A stretch of 64,000 bases of DNA. Source: Felis catus. Lineage: Eukaryota. The notes under the pieces are model-generated. The model was not told the origin of the DNA. It saw only the letters and a list, made by a program, of their open reading frames with translations, and made no database searches. Shown here piece after piece: positions 13,744 through 26,997 of the stretch (positions within the stretch are counted from its first letter, which is position 1; each line of letters opens with the position of its first letter). A program made the position numbers and the translations under genes. Where the stretch lies: the NCBI RefSeq assembly GCF_018350175.1, contig NC_058368.1:81594001-81658000 (forward strand). The letters are read 5' to 3'.

Positions 13744-14007
13744 TACAAGCTCATTTGACTGTATTTATCTATTTCATTTTGTTAGATATTACTTGAAACA
13801 CAAATGGAGTTGCCATTAATTGTGATACTTTCTACATTAATTGAATCCAACAACAACAAAAAATCTCCATACCACTAGAACCAAATCTTTAAATGATTTT
13901 GGTATCAACAATTGCCTTCTGTCCAGCTGAATGACAGATATATAAAAACAGGCATAAACATCTTGGTAGACACTATCAAGAACTCCTGTACTAAGCAAAT
14001 CATTTTC

Positions 14008-14139
14008 TTTTTGTGTGGTTGGTTTTTTAAGTTTTTTTATTGTTTTTTTAAGTAATCTTTACACCCAACACGGATGGGGCTTGAACCCACAACCCCTAGA
14101 TCAAGAGTCACATGCTCCACTGAGCCAGCCAGGTGCCCC
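14008..14139 (-). mobile_element. Short tRNA-like CAN-SINE (no CT tract)
   Basis: Exact 17-bp TSD ctaagcaaatcattttc (13991-14007 / 14140-14156). Confidence 0.9.
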
Positions 14140-16525
14140 CTAAGCAAATCATTTTCAAGTGTAACTATTTACTCCAAAAAACTTATTTTAATAAATATTA
14201 TTAAAGTATCTGGGATAACAATCAGTGATACTGTTCGTATGGACCAAGACAGCTCCACACACCATACATATGTGCAAATCTCCAAAGGTGCTCCCAGAAG
14301 CACTTTCTGTAATCTTCTATAGTTCTGCCTCAGATTTATGACTGGCAAGATGTTTCTAGATTTGTTGTGTTAACAAGACTAACTAGCTGGGTGATTTCTG
14401 CTCGTTAAGTTGCCTGGATAGCAACAACTTTAAAATACTCTTTATAAATTAAAGTAAGAACATTACACCCCAACCGAGACATGAGGAAAAAACCAGTTTC
14501 CTAAAAGAAACACAATGACCAAGAAAGTGTTTAGTCATCAATAATTTAAAAAGCATTAAATTAATTAAAACGAACTTCCATCTTCCCCTCTCGAATTGAC
14601 GATTTGTTTGAACACAACACCCAACAGCAGCCAGCTAACAGGAACGCACACAGCCGCCAGAGGACTGTGCCCCTCGAGATGCACCTCAACCTGGTGCCTG
14701 GCTCCTCAAGTCATGTGACTGTGCGTGCCCACAGCTGAACTATCAGGATCGCTATTCATGAATGTGAAGTAAACAAATCCATCCCTGCTAACCCAGCTGT
14801 TCCTTCCCTCGGTTACCTAAAGAAATAGCCAGAGGCATATAATACAAGCAAATGGCGTTATTTACGTTAGTGGGAAAAAGTACAACTAAAGAGAAAAAAA
14901 ATCGAATGGTATATTCACACAAGGCAAATGTTGCTATTAAAAAGATTGTAGAAGCTTCAGTGACAAGGAAAGGGTCAGTGAAGTAAGCTAACGCTAAGCT
15001 CTCCGAGATAGCACCGGTTATGTTAAAGTTATTGATTTTATAAAAGAGAAGGTCTATTTTTTCCCACACTACCTTCAAGTAGAAAACAAAGCTCACTGAT
15101 TATTCAATACAAGAGAACAGCAAATTCATACAGACACACTGGTGAGGTGATATTCAAACCACGAGCTAATACTTAGAACTGTCACAGAGCTCAGACTTCC
15201 CAGGGCTAAAAATAACAGATGCTTATTTTGAAACAGGGTGACAGGAACAAAGCGTCTGCCCTGCCTGGAGAGGATCTGAGTCGGGCACAGAGAGGTGACA
15301 CCTGGGCACACACACGCGGCAGTGCCAGGCAGCCCCAGAGAAGGAACGCGGCCGGCAAAGGGGTCAACCTGCCAGGGCGCACCCAACAGACTGTGTGAGT
15401 CACCCCGAGACACAGCACGAGGTCATGACACCAGGGGATGAGAGACAAGTGCAGAGCCAGGAGACAGGCAGGCCCTCTGAGTGACTGACGCCTCCTTCTG
15501 CCTCCTTCATGAAGAGCCAGCCGCCGAGGCAGCACACAGGTACTAGAAATAGCTGAAGGCAGTATCTCCTGTCCACAACCACTATGGTATTGACAAGAAA
15601 ACGTTCCCTCTCACGTCCTTCTCGGCTACATCAGAGGGTCCTTATTATCAACCTATGAAGTGAGTCCGGAGGAAGCCAGGCCAGGAGCATAATCAGAGCG
15701 TCCTGATGCCCCTGGAAAAGGCCTGCTGTGTACACAGAAAGCAGGGACGCCCAGTAAAAACTGGCCACTCTGTCCACACAGTCAGGTACCTTCCAGGCCC
15801 CCGGCTTCCGGGGTGTCATTATCCTGGGACTTTGGGAGCTGCTCAAGGATCAGCCTTGACCTAGCAATCACGCAAAGGTCACATACACCTTTCTTCAAGC
15901 AACAGCTCCTTCTTCAATAATCACTTTCACCAAAGGGTTAAGAATCGCTCAGTGCTGTTTTTCCTTGGAGACACACTGTTGAAATACTTTCTCAAAGGTT
16001 TTGACCAAATGAATTTCAATATGAAAATTTCAAAATTATCAGTAACTACAGTTATTCAGTATTTGTAACATTAAAATAAACCCATCTAAATTTTACCACA
16101 GCTTTTAATTGTAAAATAATATAAAAAATTTTCATGTCACGATTTATGAACCAGAACAAACATTAAAGTGATTCCCAAACAGACTTTAATCAAAACAATA
16201 AGTGAATTTTAAATGAGACGGTGGTTTATTAAATAGCTTTCCTTCCTGTAAAATAAACAAATAAATAAACATGGCTTTCCTTTCTTAAAAATTAAAAAAA
16301 AAAAAAAAAAAAAGTCCAGACATGAACAGCAGAGTGAGAACAAACGTTAATTCTGAAAGAAATCTCGTGGTCTGAAAAAATCTAACTGGATTCAATTTTC
16401 TTTCTGATTTGCACCAAGTCAGGATGAGCAGTATCACAGATGAGCCTCCCACAGAAGCCTGCTCCAGAAGCACGGGGACGAGGGGCTGGCAGGGGAGCGG
16501 CCCCGACCTCCCCGGGTGGGTTTAC

Positions 16526-16661
16526 CTGGCATGTTCCTCAGGAGCTTGGCATTGCACATGTGTCCCTTGCGGATGTCCGTGAGGATGTACTCCATCCGCT
16601 TTGCCCTCCAGAGGAAGTTAAACACCCTGAGGTAGTGGCTCATGCACTCTCGCGTGAACAC
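16526..16661 (-). CDS. TUBGCP3: TUBGCP3 exon 17 (136 nt): [45 protein letters not shown]
   Basis: Acceptor tttcgcag, donor GTAAAC. Confidence 0.96.
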
Positions 16662-16869
16662 CTGCGAAAAAAGGCACAGGACAGCTGACAGCACTCTGAC
16701 CTACGGTGACCTAGGGACCCTCCTGTGACAACACAGCCTTTCTGACGCATCTTTTTTTTTTTAAGGCAAAAGAAGCCAGAGAACACACAATCAACTCTAA
16801 TAAATCCAAGCGTTACATAGGCAACTAATATAACACGTTTTAGGAGTATCATCAAATACAACCACGGTG

Positions 16870-17050
16870 ACGACCTGTGTGCTAAGTAGTATGTGGGGCA
16901 AACTCACAAGGATAGAAGCAGATATTTTGGTACCAATTTTACAAACTGAAAGACAGAGGCCTAAGGTCACAGAGCTAGTAAACAGTTTCTCGGGTCTTTT
17001 AAATGCTGCCTAAACCCAGTCAAAATGTGGGCTCTTAACCCCAACGTCAA
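16870..17050 (-). mobile_element. MIR remnant
   Basis: ccaattttacaaactgaaagacagaggcctaaggtcacagagctagtaa core. Confidence 0.65.
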
Positions 17051-19827
17051 CTGTGTAGCAGTGTCCTCTGCCCCAACCACCTGGACAGACACATGAGGCT
17101 GCTACATCTCAAGCCAGGTGGGCCTAGGAGAGTCTCCTGTCTGTCGAGAGGCCTCCGGGTTATCTTAACACAGGTATTTACTGCCTGTGGAGCCACTTCA
17201 CTGCAAACGGACGGACGGTGGTCTCATACCCTGGGAGGATGGACCTATGGGCAGGGGCTGGGCGAGCTTCCCTCCCATGGGGGCCACACTTAGCAAATAA
17301 GAACACAGGACACCTGGTTAAGTACGAATGTCAGATGAACCACAAAACATCGTCTAGGAAGTCTGTCCCGTGTGTACAGTAACAGGGTTTTCTGCAGATA
17401 GCGGCCAAACACATCTCGCACACCAACGTGTGCACAACAGATGTGGGTACGTTTACTTTTCCCAGTCCCTCGAGCAAGGATGCATTTCCCTGAGTCGGCA
17501 GCCCTCTCCCTGCAGTACAGAGAACTGGAAACACCCTCCCTGGGGCCTCAGCTCCCAGCAGCTCTGCACTGTGCATCCAGGAGCCAGGCTGGGCCCTGCA
17601 TCACTGGTTTCTCACCCTGGAGCCCAGCCTCATTCACGCCCCGGGGCCATTCCTCATATCACTCCCGGACTGCTCCACACTCTCCTCTGGCCCAGACCCC
17701 ACCTGGCCCTCAAGGACAAAGGCCACACACCCTTCCCTGGCCTCACCAATGTCCCTCTTCTCCAGACAGGACATTTATCACTGGACCCCTACAATCTGAG
17801 CATTTAGCTGTAGACTGCTTTACCTTTGTCTTCTTATTTTTGTGTATTCTTGGCTCATGTGTTATAAGGACTGTTTATTCTTCTGTATGCCTTTTGTGCC
17901 AGTATTCAGCAGTGCTCAGTACTGACTGATGACTGTATGTGTCTATACTGGACTGGCTAGGAACTGCTCTGAATGGACTCTGAGACCAGTTAGGACTGTT
18001 TTGGGGATTATGTACTTTGCTGTGCTGACCACACTACTGTGTCTGCAACTATAGAAATAAAGGGTGACTGGATTAAATAATTTTACAAATCAACCACAGA
18101 AACCCTTGCTATACAAACGCTGCCTTGTAGGGATCCTTTCAGTGCTGGCCTCCCAGAGCGCATTTCACGTGACCCAATTTACAAACATAGTTTAATCAGG
18201 ATTTGTTAGGAACAGGCACTGTTTCACAGAGACACTCCTGTATCCCACGGCGTTTACATGGGGAGATAACCCACGTTTAGTTTTGCCGTGTGCATCGTCT
18301 TTTGGTTCACTGTGCACCAGGAAGTTTAGCAGAATACGAAATAAGCTTCTGATACAATATGAGCATACATAATAAATACAAAATAAGCATCTCACCTAAC
18401 ACCCTGGAGACCAAGTCAATGGATTTTATCCTGCCCAAGATCCCAGTGAGAAGATCACAGACAACCTCTCCACATCCTCCTTCACAGAATTAACAAGAAG
18501 CTAAAATTATACTATATTATATAAGATAAAATTATGTGACTAATATGTGTACTCATTATAATTAAATTATACACAAAACTGGCAATCTCAATTAACGAGA
18601 ATAGAAAGGGAATGGAGATAATACTGTAAATTTAATAGGGAAGAAGCAGAAAATCCATTTTCTTCCAAAATTCGACTCTGGAAGTGTATTTTTAAATAAA
18701 AGATTCCATTTAGCTAAAAATATAACAACCTGGGACATCAGCAAACCCCAGAACTGGAATAGCAAAACCGGATGTGCAAGACCCCATCCCCCACATCCTG
18801 CGGCAGTCACAGGGCCCTGCGCCCACCCAGTGCGGCCTCCCAGGCACACCCTCCACCTGCTGGAATTGGCAGGTAAGTTAACACTTGTTAGCCATAGACA
18901 GAGATCCACCCCAAAGTTGTTTTTTAAATAAATCTAGGATATAAATGACTCTTGACCCTCTCGATTAGGGTTTACAAAAAGCTAAAATTTTAAAAATATA
19001 CTGCATAACCAATTGTTTATATACAAGGTGTGCAATGTTTAACTTTGTATGCTTCGTGAGTCTACACTATTGTGAAATAATTAACTGCATGTATGAGTAC
19101 GTTCAATTTATCTAACATTCAAGGCACTCACGTTCTAGGAAATAACAAACACAAGGGCCTCTACTCTGGCATCTGTGGCAAAATGATATGAACATAGTCA
19201 GTATTAACAAAACAGACAATACAAAAGTTTCTGATTTAAATAATAATGTACACAACAGGATATTTTAACAAGTAAGTACTGGAAACTAGGATATAAGTCA
19301 AAGAAGAAAAAACTAATTTGAATATGACAAAAAATCAAATTTAAGAGCAGTTATGCATTTAAAATACAGTGGCTCTGATCTGGTACAGCTTAAACACTAG
19401 GAATATGTGTGAAACACGCGCACCAGGAGCTTCCGGCTCACAGCAGACACAAGAGCCACATGTCCCAGGCATGGCTGCTGCCCCAAAGTGCGAGGCAGCT
19501 GCGCTGGTGACTTACACCCGGAGACGTGGGAACGGCCATGGAGTCACACTCTGCAAGGACCGTCAAGGAAGATTTTCACAGCCAAACTACATTACTTCTT
19601 AACAAAATATTTTTCCCAATAACTAAAAGAAACGCATGTTCTCCTTCAGTATTTCAGATATCAAACGACTGACATCACTCCAAAGAAGCGTCCTGGTCAA
19701 GGAGAACTGACTCCAAGCTGAAGAGAAAGCGGGCACTTAAGGCAGGGCATCTGGGCCGCAGACAGCACGCAGAGGAGCCAGCCTCTCAAGGTCTGGGAAC
19801 TCCGGGAGGAACCGGTACTTTGCTCCA

Positions 19828-19882
19828 AGCAGCACCAGCACCATGGACAGCAGCACCAGCACCAAGGACAGCAGCAGCATGG
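19828..19882. repeat. 21-bp tandem repeat agcagcaccagcacca(t/a)ggac, about 2.5 copies
   Basis: Read directly. Confidence 0.85.
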
Positions 19883-20292
19883 GCTGCTCCTGGGTGCTCC
19901 TGGGTCCCAGGGAACACTGAAGGTCAGACTTCATCTAAGTAGCATAAGTGTGACCTCTACAATGCACGTCCTAGTCTCTCTCCGTCTGTTCTGAATTCGC
20001 TACTGTGGTCTAAGGACTATGGGTTCCAACGAGCACTCCATTTACTACATGCCTGCTGAACCCTACAAAAGGGTATTTGTAGGAATTCGTAAAATACTAG
20101 AGCATTTCAGCACTCGTTAATGATTATCTAAGCCACACAGAATTGTGGCTTAGGTATTCCTTCAGTGGGTCTGACCAGAGGTCAAGTGATGGCCTTCAGT
20201 AGAAGCTCTGAGAGAAGAGAGCCCATTCTGAAACAACAAAACAGCAAGCTGAAGGGCTGCAGCAACATTAAAAAAGCCCAGCATGGCCTTAC

Positions 20293-20361
20293 CGTGGCAA
20301 TTGGCCCATCGACGTGGTAGTCCAGGCTGAAAACGTCCCACCCGGTGTCACCTGGAGAGAC
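20293..20361 (-). CDS. TUBGCP3: TUBGCP3 exon 16 (69 nt): [23 protein letters not shown]
   Basis: Acceptor ccctag, donor GTAAGG. Confidence 0.96.
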
Positions 20362-20616
20362 CTAGGGACAGAAACAAACACTGCAGGCCTTCCCACCAGT
20401 GCTGCACTTAGTGCCAAAGAATCTCTCGTCCAAGAAAAGGCAGTAAAATAAAGCCCAATTTTTGAAAAGCATTCAATACTTGTGAGTGTTAGCTATAGGA
20501 CAGCAGAGATCTGTTTGTCAACCCCTGTACCCTCGGCATTTAAACCATGGGCACAGAGGAGATGCTCTAAGGATACTGTGAAATGAATGGTGTGTTGTGG
20601 GGTTTTATTCAATGTT

Positions 20617-20857
20617 TATTTATTTTATTTTTATTTCTTTAAAGATTTTTTTTAAAATGTTTATTTTTGACAGAGAGACAAAGCATGAGTGGGGAAGGGG
20701 CAGACAGAGAGGGAGACACAGAACCCAAAGCAGGCCCCAGGCTCTGAGCTGTCAGCACAGAGCCTGATGCAAGGCTCAAACCCACAAACTGTGAGATCGT
20801 GACATGAGCTGAGATTAAGAGTTGGTCGTTTAACAGACTGAGCCACCCAGGTGCCCT
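20617..20857 (-). mobile_element. CAN-SINE
   Basis: Full element, minus strand. Confidence 0.92.
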
Positions 20858-20966
20858 TATAATGTATTTTGAATAAATACCATAAAATCAGTCTAAAATT
20901 CGTCACCAGTTTATGACAAGAACTCACTGCCTCATATGTCCTGAATCCCTTAAAAGTCAACATTTA

Positions 20967-21184
20967 GGGGTGCCTAGGTGGCCTCAGTTGGTTAAGCATC
21001 TGACTTTGGCTCAGGTCATGATCTCACGGTTTGTGGGTTCGAGCCCCGCGTCGGGCTCTGTGCTGACAGCTCGGAGCCTGGAGCCTGTTCGGATTCTGTG
21101 TCTCCCTCTCTCTCTGCCCCTCCCTCACTCGTGCTCTGATTCTCTCTCTCAAAAATGAATAAACATTAAAAAAAAAAAAAAAAA
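20967..21184 (+). mobile_element. CAN-SINE
   Basis: Full element; TSD agtcaacattt. Confidence 0.94.
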
Positions 21185-21685
21185 CAAGAGTCAACATTTT
21201 AAAAAAGCCAACAAGCCCTACTAATGGTCCTTCATCATAGCTAAGCAAACAGTGTGTGATGTTTCTGACACGCATTCCCCTAAGAAAACTCACTGTCTAT
21301 CAAACTGAAACTAAATACATCTATTTTTGATGAATATTATTGTTACATGCCATCCCTGTGCCTCCTGCAACATTACCATTAACAGGAGACAAGATTCACT
21401 CCACAACGTGCTACCGAGCGCCGGGCTGAACGCTGCGTGTTCTCCGTCCGCGGCCCTGGGGACTTTGCACAGGGAGCAGACGGAGAAGCCCAGTGCAATT
21501 TAGAGATGTGGCCCTTGTTGAAGACCAACAAGCAGCACAGTGCAGGCTCAGGCCAGCCAGCCTTCCGGCAACGACTCCCACCCGGCAGGCTAGACGAGAT
21601 GCACGCCACACGCCACACACCGGAACGCTGGCGGGAGTGCTGGCCCGGGGAGCTCACGGTCTGAGCAGAACCAGGGCCACAGTAC

Positions 21686-21821
21686 CTCCAGCAGCCTCAC
21701 ATCCAGTCTCTTGAGGATCTCAGGGCTGTCAAACTGGGCGTTGGTGGCTCTGACAGCGGTTTCAAGAATTCCAGTCAAGTTGTGTTGATACAAAGTCGTA
21801 GCTGGACGGACAAGTTCTGGT
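21686..21821 (-). CDS. TUBGCP3: TUBGCP3 exon 15 (136 nt): [45 protein letters not shown]
   Basis: Acceptor tgttAAG (required by phase), donor GTACTG. Confidence 0.94.
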
Positions 21822-22429
21822 CTTAACAGATTTTGTAAAAATAAAAGATGTTACTTGAATTCTTAAAGAGCTTTGCAAAAACTTAAAATTGTAGAAAGAG
21901 TTGAAATTGTAAAAACTAAAAAGACAAACCACTACAACATAGAAACAAAAGTTTCACAAAACTAACTGTAAACAGGATTTCACCAAGTCTTTTGGGGAAT
22001 AAAACATTTCTTTAAATCTCAAAAAAATTAATTTTGATTCTGCTTAAATTGAAAATACTTAACATATGCCATACACATTAACAAATCAAGTTTTCAACTT
22101 AAGTCTGGCCTACAGTAACGGGAACTACTGGAATTTTCTGCACAGACCCAATGGGTAGAGAGGTCTTTGTTAAATCAAAACAACTAGATACACAGACGTC
22201 ATGATTCTAGAAGCTAAAAATTGCCGCGTTATCAGCAAACACTTCTCTGGGGTTACTCATGTCCGGGTTGCTAAACAGAAAGCTAACGTTACCGGGCAAG
22301 AACCGGCCAGGTTACCAACACAGCCTGACGGCGAGGGGAAGTGCAGGAAAGGGGCCACCCAGTGCTAACAAGCCGCTGTGTGTGAGCACTAGGTTGGAGT
22401 GCGCCACCTGAGGGCCACAGCCAACACCC

Positions 22430-22660
22430 CGTGTGACACACAGGACCAGTCGGTACGAGAGCAAATCCTAGGAGTTCTCATCAAAAGGAGAAAAGGGGTT
22501 TCTTTCCCTCTTTTCTTTGTGTCTATGTGAGAAAATGGATGCTAGCTGAGCCTGCTGTGGTCACCATTTCACAACACATGGAATCAAGCCATCGTGCTGT
22601 ACACCTTACACTCACACAGTGATCTAGGTCAACTATTGCTCAATACGCTGGGGGCAAAGC
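22430..22660 (+). mobile_element. L1 3' UTR end fragment
   Basis: agttctcatcaaaagg...gctgtacaccttacactcacacagtg...gtcaactatt..tcaata, typical L1M terminus. Confidence 0.75.
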
Positions 22661-23334
22661 CTGCCCATCACCCCCAGGCGTGCACATAAGCTGTGCGGCT
22701 CCAGGTCTTCGTGGCAGCAAAACGTGGGGCAGAGACCGATGAAGAGGGACCATGACATCATCACTCAGAGAAGTCTGAGGCTAGCTGGAGACCAGGGACA
22801 TCCCCCACTTTAAAGGCACAAACTTCAAACATGTCTTCAAGAAACAAATCTTCTGATTACGAGATGCTCTAAATATCAAAACCATGCATAAGGCAAACAC
22901 GTTACATCAGCCACAAGACCTGGTCCGTAGCATGACAGGCACCCCTGCGTTTGGCCTCACCTGTAAACCGCGAGAGCTGCCTTGCCCACCTTGACCTGCA
23001 CAGCTGCACCCTGGGCCAGCTCCCCCCACATGCTCACGGGAACCCCCATTTAGGCCAATGGCATCTCCCCTCCAAACACTCCTGCCTGCCCATGCTTCCG
23101 GCAGGCGCTGGGCTGGAGACCAGGACTGAGCTCACCAGAGGCCCCTTCCCTGCTCAGGGTCCAGACGGGACACTTCCACGAGTACGTGTGCTCAGTTCAC
23201 AGTTCACCAACCCCTTCTCAAGCTGACGACACAGTCACCCACCCAGCACGAGCAAGTAGAAGGTCAGTGACAGCTATGTGTGCCCTAAACTACTTTTCAT
23301 GCTGAAGGTGGGCTCCAGGGCAGAGGAGGGACCG

Positions 23335-23475
23335 CAGGGGCCTGTGTCTGGACCAGGGGCCTCATTAGAAACACACGTTCCTGGCCCCACCCCCGAGGGA
23401 CCAAGCCCCTCTGTGGGCAGGCCCAGGGTTCACCTCAGCCAGCTCCCTCGGTAACTCCGAGGCACAGTGACATCT
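23335..23475. mobile_element. MER5A-like hAT-Charlie MITE remnant
   Basis: cattagaaacacacgttcctggcccc...ggcccaggg...ctccctcggtaactccgaggcacag motif order. Confidence 0.55.
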
Positions 23476-24188
23476 CAGGACCAGGCCACCAAAACCACCC
23501 CTTGATCACACAGGTAAGACTGGAAGGCCACACACTCTTTCAAGTGTTCCAAAGGGAACATCAAAAAGTGCCAATCTCCATTCCTCAGTGCCTGAGTGGA
23601 CATCACCCGCGCTCTGGCTAGGAGCCTGGCTGCACCCGAGGTCGGTGTGTCTAGAGCCCGGGATGGGACAGACACCCTGCTGAGGGGCTGGGAGAGTCTC
23701 CACGGAGGCCAGGGAGGGACCCACATCTAATTCTAATGGGACAAAAGGTGCCATGAAAAATGTCACAGAACAAAATGAAAAGAGTAATAATTTTGTTTTA
23801 TAGGTTTTTTCCCCCAAGGAACAATTTAAAATTCATAATATGGAAAAAGTTGTTTGAAATACACAAGTTTTGAACTTGTTTGAAACTGGCACTAAGTGTG
23901 ATCACACTGCACACGCCTCGGACACGGGACTGTCAGTGCCAGGGTGTCCACAAGGCCCACAGGCTTGTGAGAAAGGTACAGAATATGAGAAAACAAACAG
24001 ACTTCGATGTGACAATCTTGGTTTCATCAAAAATTTTCCAAAAAAATTTCAGATTTCATCTTACTGATATGTTCTCTAAGAACTCAGCCAATTTCCCCTA
24101 ATGGCATTTATTCTTTAAAACAAGAACTGTTAAGACTCCTCATGTTGCAATCTACTGTGTATTTAAAAGATCCAAAGAGTGTTCTTAC

Positions 24189-24378
24189 TTGAGCAAGTCC
24201 ATTAAGTGCCTGATGAAGTCCCCTTGGCCAAGGAGCAGGTAGCGCCTCACAGCCTGCATGTGGTCCAGCAAGCTGTACTTTTTGTTAAGAACGTCCAACA
24301 GGTACTTGCTGGTCTCAAAGTAAGCAGCATCGATTTTCCCCCGAAACGCATTCTCCAAATCTGTGAACAAATCTGCAG
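24189..24378 (-). CDS. TUBGCP3: TUBGCP3 exon 14 (190 nt): (A)[27 protein letters not shown]...[17 protein letters not shown](K)
   Basis: Acceptor tttacag, donor GTAAGA; contains the GCP-family YLLLGQGDF motif. Confidence 0.97.
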
Positions 24379-24535
24379 CTGTAAAGAACAAAACGAGAGC
24401 ATATACGTACATAACTTGTATTTCAATAAAGGTAAAACTACCAGCTCCACGCACAAACATCACCGCCTACACCCACAAACAGCCCTGGTGACAGACCCAA
24501 TGGGCCGGGTGTGCAGGAAGGCGAATGAGCCCGAG

Positions 24536-24565
24536 CCCAAGAAACCCAAGAAACCCAAGAAACCA
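24536..24565. repeat. 9-bp tandem repeat (cccaagaaa)x3+
   Basis: Read directly. Confidence 0.85.
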
Positions 24566-24829
24566 AAAAGGCCGCCACCTGCTGGACACACAGTGGACGC
24601 CCGAGCTCTGACCTATGAGAGGCCCCAACAACAGTCCGTCCTGTCCTAGACCTGAAGGTCAAGTCACTTTCAACAACACAACTAACTCAACACCTCACGG
24701 TGACACTGAGGTGAAGAAGGCAGCACAGGGAGGGTCAGTGTTGAACTGCCCACACGGTCTCAAGAATGAACAAGAAGGTGCCCACAGTGAGCAAGCTCTG
24801 GGAACTGCTGGCCTCAGGGTGAAACACAA

Positions 24830-25430
24830 GAAACGACACACGTTGGCGAGGATGCGGAGAAAAGGGACCCTCGTGCACTGCTGGTGGGAACACAAACTGG
24901 TGCAGCCACTGTGGAAATCAGTGTGGAGGCTTCTCAAAAAGTTAGAAGCAGAACCACCATATGATCAAGCAACTGTACTTGGTATTTCCGCAAAGAAAAT
25001 GCAAACACTAATTCAAAAAGATACCCGCACCCCCAAGCTCACCGCACATTATTTATGATACACAAGATACGGGAGCAGCCCGAGTGTCCGTCAACGACTG
25101 AACGGTCGAGAGGTGGTGTGCACACACAGTGGGCTATCATTTACCTGGAGAAAGGTTATTCTGCTATTGTGGCAACATGGGCGGACCTGGGAGGGTTACG
25201 CTAAGTGAAAGAAGGCAGACACGGATACCGTACGGTATCACTTATGTGTGGACTCTAAAGTAGTCAAAGTCAGAGAAGCAGGGAGTAGACTGGTGGTTGC
25301 AGGACCGGAGGGGAGGAGAAAGCAGTGAAAGGGTACAAAGTCTGGGTTTTGCAAGCTAGAGTTGCCAGGACGACCATGGAGCGCAGTGCCTGTGGCTAAC
25401 TCCACGGTATCACATACTTACAGCATGTTA
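24830..25430 (+). mobile_element. L1 ORF2 C-terminus/3' UTR fragment
   Basis: Encodes [23 protein letters not shown], the L1 ORF2 C-terminal motif. Confidence 0.9.
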
Positions 25431-26109
25431 TCTATACTCATTTACCACTCTCTACGTTTGATTATTTAGTATTTCATTTCCTTGTACATTTTCATCTTCA
25501 TACCTAGAGTTTAAGCTCACGAAAGGCACAGTCATTCTCATGAAGAATAAGTCATGTCATGTCGCCTGTAGCTGATACCGCGGAGTCAGAACGACAACAT
25601 GAACAGCAAACAGCCAGGAAGGAAAGCTGCACACGTCAAGTCGGCTGCACACAAAACACTGTGGAATTACTTTGGTGGGGCGGGCAGCAGATGGGAAAAA
25701 CAGAAGCGAGGGCAGCAGCGAACAAGGGGACCATAGGACATCTCACACAGGCAGTCATTTCACCCAGCACTTCCCCTGCTAACTTCTGAATAAGCCTCTT
25801 TGTGTTACATGTGGCCACCAGTAGAAACATTTTTCCTTTATTTTCTGAGTTTGGCATAACTGTCGCTAGATCGTTTTCTTTTCAAAGTAATACAAATTCT
25901 AAGAGAGTAAAACAGCTCCACCTAATCCAGTACTTACTGGTGAACTCCACGTAAAAAGAGAAATTCAAACTTTACATAGTAATGTTTTACACACATCACA
26001 CTAAGTGTGAAGGTATTTAGGATGACAACTCAGAAACTGTCATTCCTAACGGACGGAAAACACTTCAAGCGACAGCTCTATCGCACCCCCACCACCACCG
26101 CCACCGTAC

Positions 26110-26218
26110 CATCCTGGGGGGAGTCGGCAGACTTGGTCACAGCTATCATCTTTGTAGTGGGTGTCTGGTCATGACAAACCTGGTGCAGGAAATTTATTGA
26201 TTTTCCGATCAAAAGGAC
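26110..26218 (-). CDS. TUBGCP3: TUBGCP3 exon 13 (109 nt): [36 protein letters not shown]
   Basis: Acceptor atttag, donor GTACGG. Confidence 0.96.
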
Positions 26219-26331
26219 CTAAATAGGAAAAATATCCCCCAGTTACCATGATGTAAAAATGATTAATCATCCAACTACTATAAATATTCATAAGCAACAA
26301 ATCTACTATTAATTAAAAATTAAGTAATGGA

Positions 26332-26522
26332 GGGGCACCTGGGTGGCTCAGCTGGTTAAGCTTTTGGCCCAAGGTCACGACCTCATGGTTTCATGAGTTC
26401 GAACCCCATGTCGGGCTCTGCACTGATTAGGACTCTCTTTCTCTCTCTCTCTCTCTCCACCTCCCCTGCTCATGCTGTGTCTGTCGTTTCAAAACAAATA
26501 AACTTAAAAAAAAATTTTTTAA
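26332..26522 (+). mobile_element. CAN-SINE
   Basis: Head, CT tract and tail in intron 12. Confidence 0.9.
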
Positions 26523-26736
26523 TTGTCTTTTAATTAAGTAGCAAGGACATCTGGGATAGCATCAAGGGAACTGTAGGAACTGAGAAGACTTATTAACAAA
26601 CACACATTAATCAGTGTATTCAATCAATACATACTTCTGATCCTAAGATGCGATAGAAGAGTTTTGTCACCTGTTGCCCACATGCAGAATTACGACAGCA
26701 GAGCCCCAGTACCGCCCCCCCCCCCCCCGGCCTCAC

Positions 26737-26847
26737 CTTCCTGGACTGGTCCATCGTAATAAAGGAGGGGATCATCGATCTCCGTAGAGTGTACTTGTCC
26801 TGCCACAGCCGGTCCGTCTTGACGGCTGGATCCGAGGCTACGAAAAA
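26737..26847 (-). CDS. TUBGCP3: TUBGCP3 exon 12 (111 nt): [37 protein letters not shown]
   Basis: Acceptor ctttcag, donor GTGAGG. Confidence 0.96.
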
Positions 26848-26997
26848 CTGAAAGCAGAGGCACGGCCAGGTCAGAAGACAACGCTTACAGCAAACCGCTC
26901 GCTGACAGCCACACCGAGGAAGTCACCCTGAAGGAAAGCTCTCCAGAGACGGGAGACTTACCCTTCACAGAGTAAAACCGTCTTTAAAAGCATTTTG

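Noticed and set aside
14008..14139. tRNA-like sequence with A/B boxes
   Set aside because: Has an A-rich tail and TSD: a short SINE, not a tRNA gene
14409..14425. RFX X-box-like palindrome gttgcctggatagcaac
   Set aside because: The 5-nt spacer is outside the canonical 0-3, and it sits deep in an intron with no other support
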